This document shows positions 25,816-39,403 of a stretch of DNA of 64,000 nt, piece by piece. The translations under genes and the position numbers were made by a program. The notes below the pieces were generated by a model. The model was not told the origin of the DNA, did not search any database, and saw only the letters and a program-made list of their open reading frames with translations. How positions within the stretch are numbered: position 1 is the first letter of the stretch; every line of letters begins with the position of its first letter. This DNA comes from Lama glama (lineage: Eukaryota), in contig CM052817.1 of assembly GCA_028534125.1 (NCBI GenBank), positions 82,214,001 to 82,278,000 on the forward strand. Reading direction: 5' to 3'.

Positions 25816-27444
25816 AATCTCACTGAGCAAATAACGTCTGCGGCTCCTAACGCTCAAGGGCACGTTTACACAATTTCAATAAATTCTGTGAAAAGAAGAA
25901 TATTCAGGGACACTTTTTAAAGATGACTTAAAATAAGTGCTTTGCCTAGTTTGGAGAAAAGGCTTGAATTATTTGATATGAATCCAATCAAATATTAAAT
26001 TTGTTTTCTCCAGGCACAGTCTAAAGAATCTAAGAAATGGGATTTTTCATTAGCTACGTCATTCCGATTTATATGCTTCATAGCAGGAAATCCGTTTGTG
26101 TGTGTGCATGCTTTGATCTTACTGTTTCATTTCATCTTACTAAATTCCTTATAAAGTCTTACCAAATATAAGCCTTGGGAGGTATGTATAAAATCCATTT
26201 CCATTTTTATCCTATTACTGGGTTCTTTCTTATTGAAAAAAATCCCTTAAGTTGCTCTCATTTTTATGCAGTTTGAAGATACAGTTTCATGCCTCCAGAG
26301 AAATAGTTTATTTACTTTAACTTTGATCATAGCTGAAAACTTAAGTGTTTTTAAACATGTATTTTTCTTAGGTGATAAAATAGGCTTTTTTTTTTACCAA
26401 AGGGTAATCTAAATAAATGTATATGTTTCCCAGGAGCAGTGAGTTGGAAATCCCTTTATCACATAAAGATGTAGCCAGTAGGTATATATTTCTGTTTTAG
26501 AATACAAATTGAGGAATAAAAAATTTTAGTCACATCATGAATAATTTGCAATACATGAACAGTGATTATTCAACATATAATAGATCTCTGACTTTTTTCC
26601 TAGCAATCTCATTTTCTGTATTTAATTGTAAAAACATAGACAAGTTGTTTGATCTATTTTGTCTAAATGTCATACTTCAAAAGTAACAGAAATTATGAAG
26701 TCAAGTTCAGATTTGGGCAATTTCAATTTCCTGGGTCTAATACAATAACTCTTTTGAAGAAGAAAACTGTTTTTGCTGGAAAAACCATCAAACAATTCAG
26801 AAACAAACACGGAGGCTTTATCAGCTCTTTCACTATAAACTGACTGAAATTAATTTTGGTAGATGAAATATACTATTATATTTTTAAACATATATTTGTT
26901 ACCAAATATATATCATTATGTGACAAAGCTTGCACTTAATTGTAGGGCCAGTCCCAGCTGTCACAAACCCATACTGATTGGGAAAGTATAAAGTATTGAG
27001 ATGGATCAGAATAATGGCATTTAACACAGTCTATGGCCATGGAGAGGAAATAGTATTTACTCCTGTAATTTAACAAGTAGCACATAAAATTACCTAGAGG
27101 ACATTTTTTAACCACATAAGCTTGGGCTCTATCTCATATCGTGACAAAATGGTGTGGGGAGGTGTCCTATAAACCAGAGAGTGATATAATCACATACACT
27201 AATAAAGAAGGTCATGAGGCATCAGAATAAAATTCGATGGGGTGATGGAGGAAGGAAGTATTCCATTGGGGAGCTTACTGCAGTAATCTGGGTATGGATG
27301 ATGGTGCATGAATTAAGGTTGTAGATGTGGAGCTTGAGAGAATCAAGAGATAGTGAAGATGACTGCATGGATTTCGAGTATAAAAAGAAAAGAGGAATTT
27401 TGTTGTGTAGAGGAAAAGACATTTGTTAAGAATCTGAAACATTA

Positions 27445-27760
27445 GATATGTGCTGTCCAATATGGTAGGCACTAGTAGTCGCGCATTACTTATTGAGCAT
27501 GTACAATGTGACTATTCTGAATTGAGATGCGTTTTATGTACAAAACCCATCAGATTTTGAAAATTCAGTAAGAAGAATGAATGTGAAATATCTTCATAGC
27601 TATGGTTAAATAAAATATTGGATATTTTGCAGAAAATATCATTAAAATTAATTTCGCCTGTTCCTTTTTACTTTTAATGTGACTACGAGTAATTTTAAAA
27701 TTGCACACATGCCTCCCATTTTGGCTTGCATTATGTATCTATTGAACAGCATTATCCTAG
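27445..27760. mobile_element. MER33/MER3-type hAT-Charlie MITE
   Basis: gtgctgtccaatatggtaggcactag...ttaaaattaatttcgcctgttcctttttacttttaatgtgactac...ctattgaacagcatt (terminal inverted ends). Confidence 0.85.
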
Positions 27761-30239
27761 ACAATTATTTGTACTTTAATTTTAAATGCCACTTAATCTT
27801 TCTAAGACTCTGTTTTTACCTTAGCAGAATATGAATAATTTTATTTTCTGTAAAACTCACAGGCCTATTTGGAAAGTCAATTAAAATAGTATATAAAAAT
27901 CAACAAAAATAACAAAACATTCATAACTTAATCCATAAGACATTAGATAAATAAAACGCATAATTTACATTGAAAATAATTTGTATATAAACATAACGTT
28001 TATGATTCAACAGCTAGCTAGCTGATCACACAAATAAGAATAGCTAATGACCCAAGGAATCTATTTTGGGCAGGGGTAAGTATTTTCAATTTAGATATTA
28101 TCTGAAGAAATTCAAAAGTATTCCACAACAATATATGTCTACTATCTAATAATTTGTAAAAATCCAAGTGCTCTTTATAACATAACATATGGCAATTTAT
28201 TATATTTAGTATAAACGACCCCTGCAAAATTCATTCATCCAAGAAGTCAGTGAATAATGAAACGGTTGCCCAACCTATAAATTACAGTAATTTATTAATT
28301 TTGATTATATTATCTTTAGCTTTTTTCTTTTGCTTGGAGTATCAGCTCTAAATTATAATGTATAGATAAATGCACTTCTTTCAAAATCATTCTTTGAATT
28401 CTCTGAAAGAGCATCCTTACAGCCTGGGCTAAGCCAGTGGTAATTTTTAAAGCCATCTTTGGTAGAAAGTAACTGTTTGCACCTCTCACAATTGGCAGGG
28501 TTTTTGTTATTACATATATCACATAACTTGCTTGAGAGAATGGCCAAAGTGGATTTTCACAAAAATAAGTGAACATTTTCTTTTGGCTTTGTTTTCAAAA
28601 TTAGTCACAGTGGGAGTTGATTTCATTTTAAATGCACTAAAACATCAAAGTCTCCAAATTTTGCATACAGAGTACATGACCTAAAGAAAACATTAAACAC
28701 TCAGTCGACTGTAAAGTAGTTATAAATCAAGTGGAAAACATAACTGCACACACTACTTCTCTTTTATGTATTCACACTGTTAATTTGGGTAAGATGAGGA
28801 TTAAGATCATTTAATAATTTTTTCACGATATGTGAAGTGTGATATATTTAATGTTTCCTTACAAATAGGATTATATTATGTGCCTGATTGCCTGCAGGGA
28901 TTTTTCTTAAGCCAGAAAACATAATTTAATACTAACATGTGATTTTAAAAAATGAGACTAACACAGTTCATAGTGAATTCATGATTTTTATAAAAACAGT
29001 TCTCTTCAACAGTTTATTAATTAATGTTTCTTAAAATTCATGATCACTTATTTGTAAATTCTTCTTCCCTGCAACCTAGAAGATAACAGTATTCCTCTCT
29101 CCAAACCATTCCCCTTCTCTTCCCAATCTCCTCTTCCAAACTCACCAACAACCACAGCAAAATGCCTTTTTCACTTCTGCAGTTTAAAGAAGAAAACTCA
29201 ACCACCATTCCCTGAATATGATCAGTCAGGTTATATTCCTTTACAAAGAATGGAATGATCACGTATAAGAAAGAGTGGCAGAGGCCAGCAGTGGAGGGTT
29301 AGTCGCAGTCACGGTTACAGGGGGCACTCCTGGCTCTAGCTATATTTCTCTTACTTTCCTTTTGTAATTTTCCCTTTTGGTGATGTGTACCCTGTGTTTT
29401 TTTATCAAGAGCAAAATACAATCCTGCCTGTTCTGTGGAAGATTTGGTATGTAAAACCATACTGGGGGTAAATTTATAGCATGATGGACTCTGAGAAGGT
29501 GAGGGAGAACTTGAATACAATATTAACTAAGCAAACAGATTATTTAAGATAGCAGGACTAAAAACCATACTTCTACTTTAAGAGACCATGGATATATTAC
29601 TAAGGAAGCATGTTGTGACATGTGAAGTATGGTTAATGCCACTTTTTAACATGATGTTTTGATAATTCTCTATTTTTTAAATTTAGCTGTTCATTACTTA
29701 CACATTGATTTCTCTGTATGTGCTAGGCTTTATGCTAGGCAATGAGAAATTACAGCAGTGAATAAAATAGTTCTTGAATTTGTGGGCATTAAAGTGTTTT
29801 TGTAAGAAATATATACATTTTTTAAGAAGTCATAGTAAAAATGCCCCAAATTCTAAGCAATCTTTCTCATAAGAATATGAGAAATAAAAGGTAGCATTTA
29901 TAGAAAATATTTGTTGGTAGATCTTGTTAGTTTGTTTTCAATATTTTGACTGACGTTTCAGAAAAAGAAAAAAAGAAAAACTCCCTGGTGCCTAAAATGA
30001 GAGAAAAGAGGTGCAGTTTGATGTTACAATTCAATCTAGTTTAAATTACACGTAGGAATTAGAACTGAGGAACTTCTATTAATGATAATCAGTGAAGTGG
30101 TTACAAAAACTCTATCAGTGATAATTGTAGATTCTGTACCAAGACAAAAAGAAAAACATTTAAAGGTATTAAAAAGTGTTCCAAATTATAGTGGTAACAG
30201 GATAATTCGTTCCTGAATTAAAACTATGAAGGGGTAAAC

Positions 30240-30712
30240 TTAGCATAAAATAATCATACAAAGATCCATGTACAAATATTCATAATAGCATTTTTCCTTA
30301 AACTGGAAATACCCAAATGTTTATCAACAATTGTTAGAGTCATTCAGTGCAATGATACTCAGCAATAAAAAAATGAATTATTGATATATAGCAGGATAAA
30401 TGTTAATACCATTGTGCTGAGTGAAAGGATCAGGATACAAGAGTATATACTATAATTCCATTCATATGAAATTCCAGACTATACAAAATAATCTGTACTA
30501 TAGATAGCAGATGACTGGTTGCATGTGGTTGGGTTGGAGGGATGATTAACTCAATAAGGAATGAGAATATCTGTGAGTGATGAAAACAGTTTGCATGTTG
30601 ATTTTGGTAATGCTTACATGTGCATGCATTTGTCAAAACTCATTGAGCTGTAAATGTAAAATATGTTCTGTAATTGGTTCATATATTTACCTTAATAATG
30701 CTGATTTTAAAA
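30240..30712 (+). mobile_element. Old L1 3' end (L1MC/ME-like)
   Basis: catgtacaaatattcataatagc...aactggaaatacccaaatgt...gtgctgagtgaaagg...tttgtcaaaactcattga. Confidence 0.8.
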
Positions 30713-30740
30713 GCCAAGATAAAGAGAATTATAGGCAGAA

Positions 30741-31685
30741 TGGACTTCTACTTCCAATCAAGATGTTGTAAAAGGGCTGTATTGAGCCACCAGCCTAAAA
30801 CAACTAAGAAAAGGGACCAATTATATCAAACAATGTTTTTAGCATTGGACAACAAAAGATAATGATCACTGAGAAATGGGACACAAACAAGGTGAGCCCT
30901 AAAATTGCCCTACTTACAGTCTAGGGAAAGCTGGCAGACTACAGAGCAGTGAGGGAAAGCTCCCTGAGTGAAGGAGGCAAAGCAGTGTGTGTGAGGAGGG
31001 CAAGGTGGCTTGAGTTCATAACAGAGTCTCAGAGAGGAGAAAACTGAGCAAAAAAAAAAAAAAAAAAAAAAAAAATTGGAGATCTAAAGAGAGTCTCCTT
31101 TGGTATTTTTGGTTGAGTCTGACTGATAAGTATATATTTGTGAGGAAACTACCTGAGTGACTATTCCCAAGACTAAGAGTGAAAATTTTGTAATTCACAA
31201 GGCATCAGGTATGTATCAAGAAGGGTCTTCCTTTATTGTAGGAAAAAATTTACCTGAGATGAAACAATGCTTTGATACTAACAAAAGCAAGATCCAAAGA
31301 AAGTCAAACTATTTCCAAATAACTAAATTGCACCCAAACACAACACTCAATAATATTCATGGGAATACAAAAAACAGCAACTGACAAAGTAAAATCCACA
31401 ATATCAGACATCTAACAAAAAATTACAAGGCATAAAGAAGCAGGAAAATACAAAATTGAATAAAAATAAAAATCAGTCAATTAAAAATAGCACACTTGAC
31501 AGAATTAGTAGGCAAGCACATTAAAATAATTATAACTGTTTCATATGTTTAAGAAGCTAGAGTAACATCTGAGGATGTTAAGCAGAAACTTTTAAAGAAT
31601 AAACTACAATATCTGAGATGGAAGAAAACCGTTTGACATCAAACATTATGGATATTTATTAGATATTGCAAAATAATTATAAGCA
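30741..31685 (+). mobile_element. Old L1 5' UTR / ORF1-start relic, with an A tract at ~31050-31075
   Basis: ggacttctacttccaatcaagatg...aaaacaactaagaaaa...; taacaaaaaattacaaggcataaagaagcaggaaaata; ttataactgtttcatatgtttaagaagctag. Confidence 0.7.
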
Positions 31686-31699
31686 AAACAATTCCTAAT

Positions 31700-32575
31700 T
31701 TTACCAATCTTTCTTTGACCATCTTTCCCATGAAGTTAATGGAAATTCCATTCCTTCAGTTGCTCAGGCATAACTTTTATGTTATTCTTGACTTACTTAT
31801 TTTGTTCTCACTCCATATCTATTTTTTCATCAATCTTTTACCTATATTTTTCAAAATATATCCAGAATCCCACCATTTCTCTCTCTGTTGATGGCAGTGT
31901 CCTCCTAATTGTTCTCCTTGCTTTCATGCTTGTCCCCCTACACATTATCTTCCACACAGCAGCCAGTGTGATCTTATAACCTAAATCTAATCATGTCACC
32001 TTCCTCCTGAATATTATCACATGGTTTCCAAGCTCACTGACAACATCCTTATCAAGGCCTACAAGTTTCTACAATTTCGCTCGTAACTGATTCTCTGATA
32101 TCATACCTTGCTACTTGTCCATTACTCATTATGGGCCAATTATTCTGGCTTCTCGGTTAACTAAAAACATCATATTGCTTCAGCTTAGATGCTGTGGCAT
32201 TTGTATCCTCTGCATGAGTTCCTCTTCCTCCATACATCTGAATGATACCCCCATCACTTCCATAGGGTCTCAGATTATCAGTGAAGGTTTCCCTTATTAT
32301 CCTAATACAAAATAGCTTCACCATTATTCATTATTTTCCTAACCTCCTTGAACTGTCTTTACATAACATGGCAACCTGACATGGTATGTTTATTTATAAA
32401 TTCTCTCTCTTTCACTAGAATGCAAGCACATTAACAGACACAGAGAAAGACTCGTTTGTTTTTATCTCCCTAGCACATACAACAGGGATTGGCACACAGT
32501 AATGGCAGAGTAGTGAATAAATAAATAAGTAAATAAGTAAGTAAGTAAATAAATAAATAAATAAATAAATAAATT
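31700..32575 (+). mobile_element. L2 (L2a-like) 3' ~0.9 kb with (TAAA)n tail
   Basis: ttttcaaaatatatccagaatcc; tccacacagcagccagtgtgatctta; cactagaatgcaagc; tggcacacagta; (TAAA)n at ~32515-32575. Confidence 0.88.
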
Positions 32576-33319
32576 TATAAAACAAAAAAGGTAATGAAGA
32601 CGTAATTCCTACATGGTACAACGTTATGAGTACTACAATAGAGGAAGAAGCATAGTAATATTCTCTGAAGAGGTTAAAAGAGAATCAGTTGGAGGGATCA
32701 GTGAAATGGCTTACATGAACCATTATATGGGTTCTGAAATGATTTGTTTTCCTGGATACCATTTTGCAAACCAATCTTTGTGCTTTAAATATCATGATTC
32801 TAAAATATAATATGATCAATTAGCTTCAGATCTTTTAGTGCTCCCACAATGTGCCTGATGGTTGGATCTTACTAGTCATTTGAGACATCCTCATTTATCA
32901 CGTAGGCTGAAACATAAGAGCCTGATGCAGAATGCATTTCCAGCTTCAATTGACTTATGCAAATAGGTTTCTCTTGCAAGAACTATTCTGGCTCTAAGAT
33001 TCCTAATTTGACACCCCCTCTCCCCCGCTTTGAGAGCTAGTTCTGGCTCCATTGGTTTTTATATTGTATTCAGACTGCCATATTGGTTTTGCAAATTCCT
33101 TTTCCACAGCTCTCAGCCAGTGTCACCAAGATTTGCACTGCAGCTTTCAGTTTGCTACATTCAACCTGAATTCAATGTGCGGGATGGAATCAACATTAGC
33201 AACTATTTCTTTACTCCTTGAGTAGGGGTGGGGATATCCCTATTTATTTAAATAATCATAATTATTATGTTGTCTTCAGACAAAAATCTTGTTAAGTGAT
33301 ACACCTGTCTTCAGTTTTA

Positions 33320-33620
33320 GGTTTTTTCTGGGCCTTGAACCTTTTTCATCTATGCACATTTCTACTTTATCTGTTTGGAGACCTTCCTGTGATCTTTAAA
33401 ATTCAGTTTAGTTGTCATCCATCCTGTGAAATTTTCTCTGTCCCCCTCCTCTACATCACTCCCTGGACTGCCATTTGCACAGAATTCTACAGTTTCACTG
33501 AACAAATGTTGGAGTAATTGTTAACACGTGTTTCACTCAGAAGACTGTAATCTCTTTGTGTATAGTATAGTACGTAACATATTTTAGGCACTCAATACAT
33601 GTCTGTTGGGTTGAGTGTTT
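33320..33620 (+). mobile_element. L2 3' fragment
   Basis: tctttaaaattcagtttagttgtcatcc...agactgtaatctcttt...taggcactcaatacatgtctgttg. Confidence 0.6.
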
Positions 33621-34526
33621 TGGAATTAATTATATTGTGTAGAATCCAATTAATGATATTTGAACAGAACAGTGTGCAATGAACAGGGTTTTAGAAATGC
33701 AGATGGAGACTAAATGAATGTCAGAGGTGCAGTATTTGAAAAAATATGGCAGTGTTTGATAATTCAGAAGATGTTGATTCTAAGAAGTTGAACTTGAATG
33801 ACTGACAAAACCAATATAATGTTAATAGAACTAAGAAAATTGGAAAGAAGATCTAGAACAGAAGTAAAAGACAAATTCTAATCTGACTGGTTCTCTTTGA
33901 AAAGCAAGATCAGTAATTAACTTTTAGAAGAGTCATATTTTAAATTTCATGCTAGTTATAAAATAGCATTTTCTTAATTTATTTATCTTAACAATGCAAT
34001 GTTTAAGGCAAAGATTAAGAAATAAGTTTGAAAGATTAAAAAACCAGGCAACTAAAATTTGAAAATATATTAAACTTATACAAAAATGGCATTTGTTTCC
34101 ATCTGTTCTTTATTGGGAAACTGTTAAGAACTGCTAAGCCAAAGCTCTGGTTATGTGCATATTAATGTGTGTGTACTTTTAAGGCAGTAACAGAGCAGCA
34201 TAATGCTTTGCATTACGCATTCGTCTTTCAACATTTTCTTTATGCTTATTTAATGCATATGTTTTTATTCTTTGAATGATCAAAACTTTTATACTAATTA
34301 AGATCATGCTAAACTTCAGACAGTGCAAACATGAGGAAAGCTCAGCATGCTATGAGATTTGCTAAAAGGTAATTTTTTCTTTTCAGTACTGTCTCCATAC
34401 TCAGTAATGCAATGGAACAAACAAGCATTACATGGGTTTAATTGTCTTCCTCTGCAAAGAATTAGGACTAGGGAGGGGAGGATTTGCAACTAAAAACTTA
34501 ATGGTAATTCCTATCCATTCTTAATT

Positions 34527-34705
34527 ACACACACACACACATACACACACGGAAGTGTGAAAAGCATTTCTGCTTAGAAACTGAATTAGGAAGAAAAAAA
34601 GAGAGAGAAGAGAAGAGAAAAGGAAAAAAAGAAAAATAAAAGAAAGAGGAGGGAGGGAGACACAGAGTGATGAAGGAAGGAAGAAAAAATGAAGAGGAAG
34701 AAAAC
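34527..34705. repeat. (CA)n followed by a GA-rich low-complexity tract
   Basis: Direct reading. Confidence 0.85.
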
Positions 34706-34799
34706 TACTTGGGGAACATGGAAAAATCAGATTTCTGGTATTTACTTTGTTAACTATTCTCTATTTCCCTTTGTGGGCATCTAAAGCTTAAACCCTTGA

Positions 34800-35075
34800 G
34801 GCTATTCAAATAACCAGTGTAGAAGAGCAACTTACAAAGTTCTCCCATCATAGAGACAAGGGCTGGATGTTTATATCCTAAGCCCCATCAGTCACTGGTT
34901 GAGGAATGCCCATCCCCCGCCCCCATCAAGTTCCCTGCCATGGTCATGGGCAGAACCAGGGCTGGTGGCCAGAAAAAGCTCTTGGGAAGGAGATGCTGGT
35001 GGTGGGAAGTTCAGCTGGCACGCACCCACATGGTGAAGATCAACTGAATTTGGGCATTGCACTGACCACATCTCT
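34800..35075 (-). mobile_element. Probable ancient ERVL-type LTR fragment (LTR33/LTR16 group)
   Basis: ggctggatgtttatatccc...cccatcagtcactggttgagg motif; locally GC-richer; family uncertain. Confidence 0.45.
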
Positions 35076-36224
35076 AGAGAAGTTCTATAAATACTTAAAT
35101 TTCTGTATAACAGATAAATAATAACATTCATTTGCCACTCTTAAGAAGTAAATTTTCTGGTAGTAGAAATATAAAAAGTCAATTTAAACTTGAACTCTCC
35201 AGTTTTCTGGCTAATAGATTACCTAAGTGGGACAGTTAACGTGTAAGGAATTATAAGACAAAAGGACAGTTTCCAATATTAACAGTAAGATCTAATAAGA
35301 TATAAGATATAAAATTATTAGTTTACTTGTAACAAAACTCATCTCCCGGTATGTTAAGCAGGCTCTGAAAATGCACCTATATCTATTCAGATAACTTTGC
35401 AGGGAGAGCTCAGAAGTTATACATTTTAGCTGGCCATTTCATCATTTTGGGAAAAATTGGAATGTGCTAGAGAAGATCCAGGAGAAGTAAAGGAGGTGAG
35501 GCTGTGGGAAAAGAAACTGGAAGGAGTAGAGTTAAAAGGCAAAGAGTGAGGAGGAGAGGAAGGTTGGAGGAAAAGATGGAGGAAGACAGGAGAGGGAGAG
35601 GAGAATTGGCAGGGGCACCATGACCAGGAAGGGGTAGAAAAGAAAAAGTAAAGAGCAATGGGGAGAAGTGAAAGGGCTGGGGAGATGGGAGGGTCATAGA
35701 CTGGAAGTAAGAAGCCTGAAGGGAAGGAGCAGGTACAGCCACATAAAAATCAGGGAGAATATCACTTGAGGAAAACACGAGAAAGACAGAAGCTCTTGGA
35801 AGAATGATCTTGACATATTTGAGAAAAACTGAAAGTCTGGTTTGGTGAGAGCCTATAGAGTGAGTGGATGAGATGAAGTAAACAGGGTACTAGGTACAGC
35901 ATTACTCAAGTCTTTAGCTCCTGAAAGTAGAAAGCAGGAAATACAGTCATTAAGTCTTTAAAACAGATAGTTTAAAAATCCATCTCTTTTTCATTTTATT
36001 TAAGCTGCCCAGGTAATTCAAACATAAATAAGTTTGTGAACCACAGGCCTAAAATGTTTAAAGAATTAAGTGAGTTTCAACCTGAAGCTAGCAATGGTTC
36101 AGAATGACTTCAGGATTTAGCCAGCCACCCTTCCAGTACACATATACATGCACACACAAAATCATGTTTCTTGTTTCGTAACTCCTTATTTAGCCTGTTA
36201 TTTAATATGTTTTTCATTCAGCTG

Positions 36225-36480
36225 TTAGAAATAACAAGCATGACCATAAGCATGTTAGAGTTTAAATCCAAACTCTAACATCAATAGCTATCCGACTAAG
36301 GAGAGAGTTATCTAATCTTGCTTAACTTCAAAAATCGAATCTGAAAAGTTGAGGTATTTATGTCATAGGAGGTATGAAGCTCACTGAAATTAGGAAATTC
36401 TGAAGATAATACAAGGACATTTTCTTATCTCAGTGTTAGGGACATATTAGCCACTCTGGTAGATCTGTGTTAGTGGTAAT
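36225..36480 (+). mobile_element. MIR SINE (degraded)
   Basis: agagtttaaatccaaactctaacatcaatagctatccgactaaggagagagttatctaatct. Confidence 0.55.
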
Positions 36481-37974
36481 ACATTTCAATAAAAGTATCA
36501 TTAGTAAATGTTTATTAGCTCTGCCACAATTGAAAAGAGGTGATTAGTGAATAAAAGAGGCAAATATTGAGGGGAAAAAAATGAGTAAAGAATGGTAATA
36601 TTTGTTTTGCAAATTCACTTCTATTATTTTAAGATTGCTTTTAAAAAAAGTAGTTTTGTTGAAAAGTCATCTTTTGATTGGAAGCTTTACAACTCACTTT
36701 AAGAAATGATACAGGAAGGAGAAGTCCCTCCAAGGTTTTTAAGAAAATAAGGAAAAAGGAAAATATTCAGAATTCAACTTAATTTCTGTTGGGTTCTTCT
36801 TTTTTTTTTTTTTAATCTGAGAGACAGAGAGAAGGTATGCATTGAGATACTTTGTTTTACTTTGCTTGATTAATGAAATCTTTTGTAGTTTTTATTTTAC
36901 ATGGAGGATTTCTTGTAACATATTCCCATGAAAATCATTAAGATAGCACTGTATATTTCCAGTGAAATGGGAAAGGTTGTTAATTGGCCAATGTTGATAG
37001 TTTATTTACATAAATCATGACCCCATTAACTAAATATTCTCTTCCTAAATGGCAGCAATTTTAGACCTGAATTATCTAAATAATTGACTCAATTTTTCAT
37101 TTTGGCTTGCCATTGTACACACAACCTTTGACTTAAAGATGAATATGAGCTTTTGTAAATTTAGCTGACATTACTAAATTACTTATTTTCTTAGTGATTT
37201 TTATCTAATTAGAGTCTTAATCTGAAATAACTTATTTTCCTTAACCCCACAGCAAGTCACTGCTGACTTTATGCTTTAAACTCCAAAATATACACCAGAT
37301 ATCAGTAAGATGTTGGCTGGCTTACTAGAACTCAGCTGGAAAATGTAACAATACTTTTTTTCAAAAATAAAATAAGGTGGCAGACAATCATGCCTTTTTT
37401 GAATAGACTGGAATTAGAGCAAATTTAAAGAGGTTGTTTTCAATGGTTTTTGTGACTATTGGTTGCTTTGTTATTTTAACACCATTGGTTCTTCATTAAA
37501 TAGTATAAGAACCAATAAATGCAGAAAATCAAGTTTTTTACTGATTTATTTTCCAGAAAAACAAGCCATTTGATCTTTGAATTTGTTTGCTTGTATTCAG
37601 CTGTTTTCTTAAGCCAGTTGCCTTAAATGATTTTTTTTCTGTTTTAGCTGCAGTTGAGTGGGAGGGGAGTGTTTCTCCCTGCTGTTTTGTGGCTAGAGTT
37701 CCCACTGATAGAGACAGCAGTGATTAGTCCGAACAATGATACGGGTGTAGTACCATGATGTGAACTTTCACAGCCGACAAAAAAGATTTGTAATTTTTAC
37801 TTATCTGGAGCTTGAGCTTGTGTTTCTGATTTTCCTTCTCACCAAATCTCCCTGTGGATAGCTCGGTAGAAAATAATGTCACATTTGATTAATTGTATAA
37901 TTTTTGCATTTGTGGTATGTGCAATAAATTTTACTTATATTTGTAAATTAATTGACCTTATCTGGGGCTCTTTA

Positions 37975-38120
37975 AGTTCTTTGTCTCTGGTGGTTTGTGG
38001 ATCATCTACCAGTAGCAGAACTTCCTGGGGTGTTTGGAAATATGCAGACTGCTATCCTGCCAGCCCCAAGCCTTGATTAAATTGTGGCATCTGGCTGAGA
38101 AAGTAGTAAGTGATTCTCTC
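37975..38120. mobile_element. MER5-like hAT fossil
   Basis: agcagaacttcctggggtgtttggaaatatgcagact...agtgattct. Confidence 0.5.
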
Positions 38121-38328
38121 TCTCTCTGTATATATATATATATATATATGTAATATATATATATATATATACACTAAGATATATATGTAATATATCTTAG
38201 GAATCATAAGATATATATAATCTTCCATATATAACTTTTCTTATATAAAAAACATAACTTTTCTTATATGTGTAATATATAATATATATACAACTATATA
38301 TGTATACATTTACAGATATATATATATG
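38115..38328. repeat. Complex (TC)n/(TA)n low-complexity expansion
   Basis: Direct reading; includes duplicated ataacttttcttatat. Confidence 0.9.
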
Positions 38329-38610
38329 ACTCGTAGTTGAAGTATTACTTTGCTTCATATATTACACACAATTTCAGAAATGCTTGCCATTTTCAGTTAG
38401 CTTTATATTGACCAAGAGACCGGATAGGATTTCTCACAGCCACTAATCACTGATATCCAAAACTGTTCACTGAAGAGCTAACTGGGGTCTGTATTAGTTT
38501 CCCAGGGATGCTATAACAAAGCATCACAAAGTTGGTGGCTAAAGCAATAGAAAATTATTCTCTTTACAGTTTTAGAGATTAGACTTATAAAAATTATGGT
38601 GTTCTGGTCT

Positions 38611-39090
38611 TGTCAACTGAAAGAAAAAAATGCACAACCTAAGAGTTGTGAGTTTCAGTTTAACTGGGGACCTTACTGAGAACTACAGCCAGGAAACAGC
38701 CTCTCAGATAGTTCTGAGGAACTGCTCTGAAGAGGTAGGGGAAGAAGCCAGTATATATAAAACCAGTATACATGATTTTGTCTAGGGAATATGTGCAGTC
38801 AAGCATACATCTCAGTAAAAATTTACTGCTAGTCACAAGATATCTATCTCAGTTGATGATTTTAGTGCTTTCCTATGTATGGGAAGATGCAAAATGCTGG
38901 ATTTGTTTATTTATTTATTTTTTTATCCTGCAATATCTCTATCTAAGGGACTGGTTTTTCCAAAATACAGAGTGCTTCATCTTGACTTTCATCCTGAATT
39001 CCTTTCAGGGTGCACTGTTGGTCAAGGATTACAGTGGCCAATGACTTAATCCTTGTAGAACCGAATGATGAACAATATCTCTGTTTTACA
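38611..39090. mobile_element. ERV1 solo LTR, artiodactyl MER41-like
   Basis: TG...CA termini; perfect 4-bp TSD gtct (38607-38610 / 39091-39094); tgtcaactgaaa...tgcacaacctaa...cagcctctcagatagttctgaggaactgctctgaagaggta resembles the recalled artiodactyl MER41-like consensus. Confidence 0.8.
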
Positions 39091-39403
39091 GTCTGATGTT
39101 TATGGGCCCCCACAATTCATATGTTGATACCCACCACCCAATGTGATAGTATTATGTCCTTTGGAAAATAATTAGGTTTAGATAAGATTGTGAAGGTGGA
39201 GCACTTATAAATGGGATTAGTGCCCTTAAAAGTGTCATGAGTTTGCTTCCTCTCTCTCTTTCCTCTTCTTATGAGGATACAATGTGAAACCAGCAGTCTT
39301 CAACCCAGAAGAGGGTCTATACCAGAACCTGTCCATGTTAGCACTCTGAATTTGGACTTCCAGCCTCCAGAACTGTGAGACATAAATTTCTGTTATTTAA
39401 TGG

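Noticed and set aside
29183..29260. Possible exon after ttttcacttctgcag
   Set aside because: Short frame (LKKKTQPPFPEYDQSGYIPLQRME*) with no recognisable homology and a weak donor.
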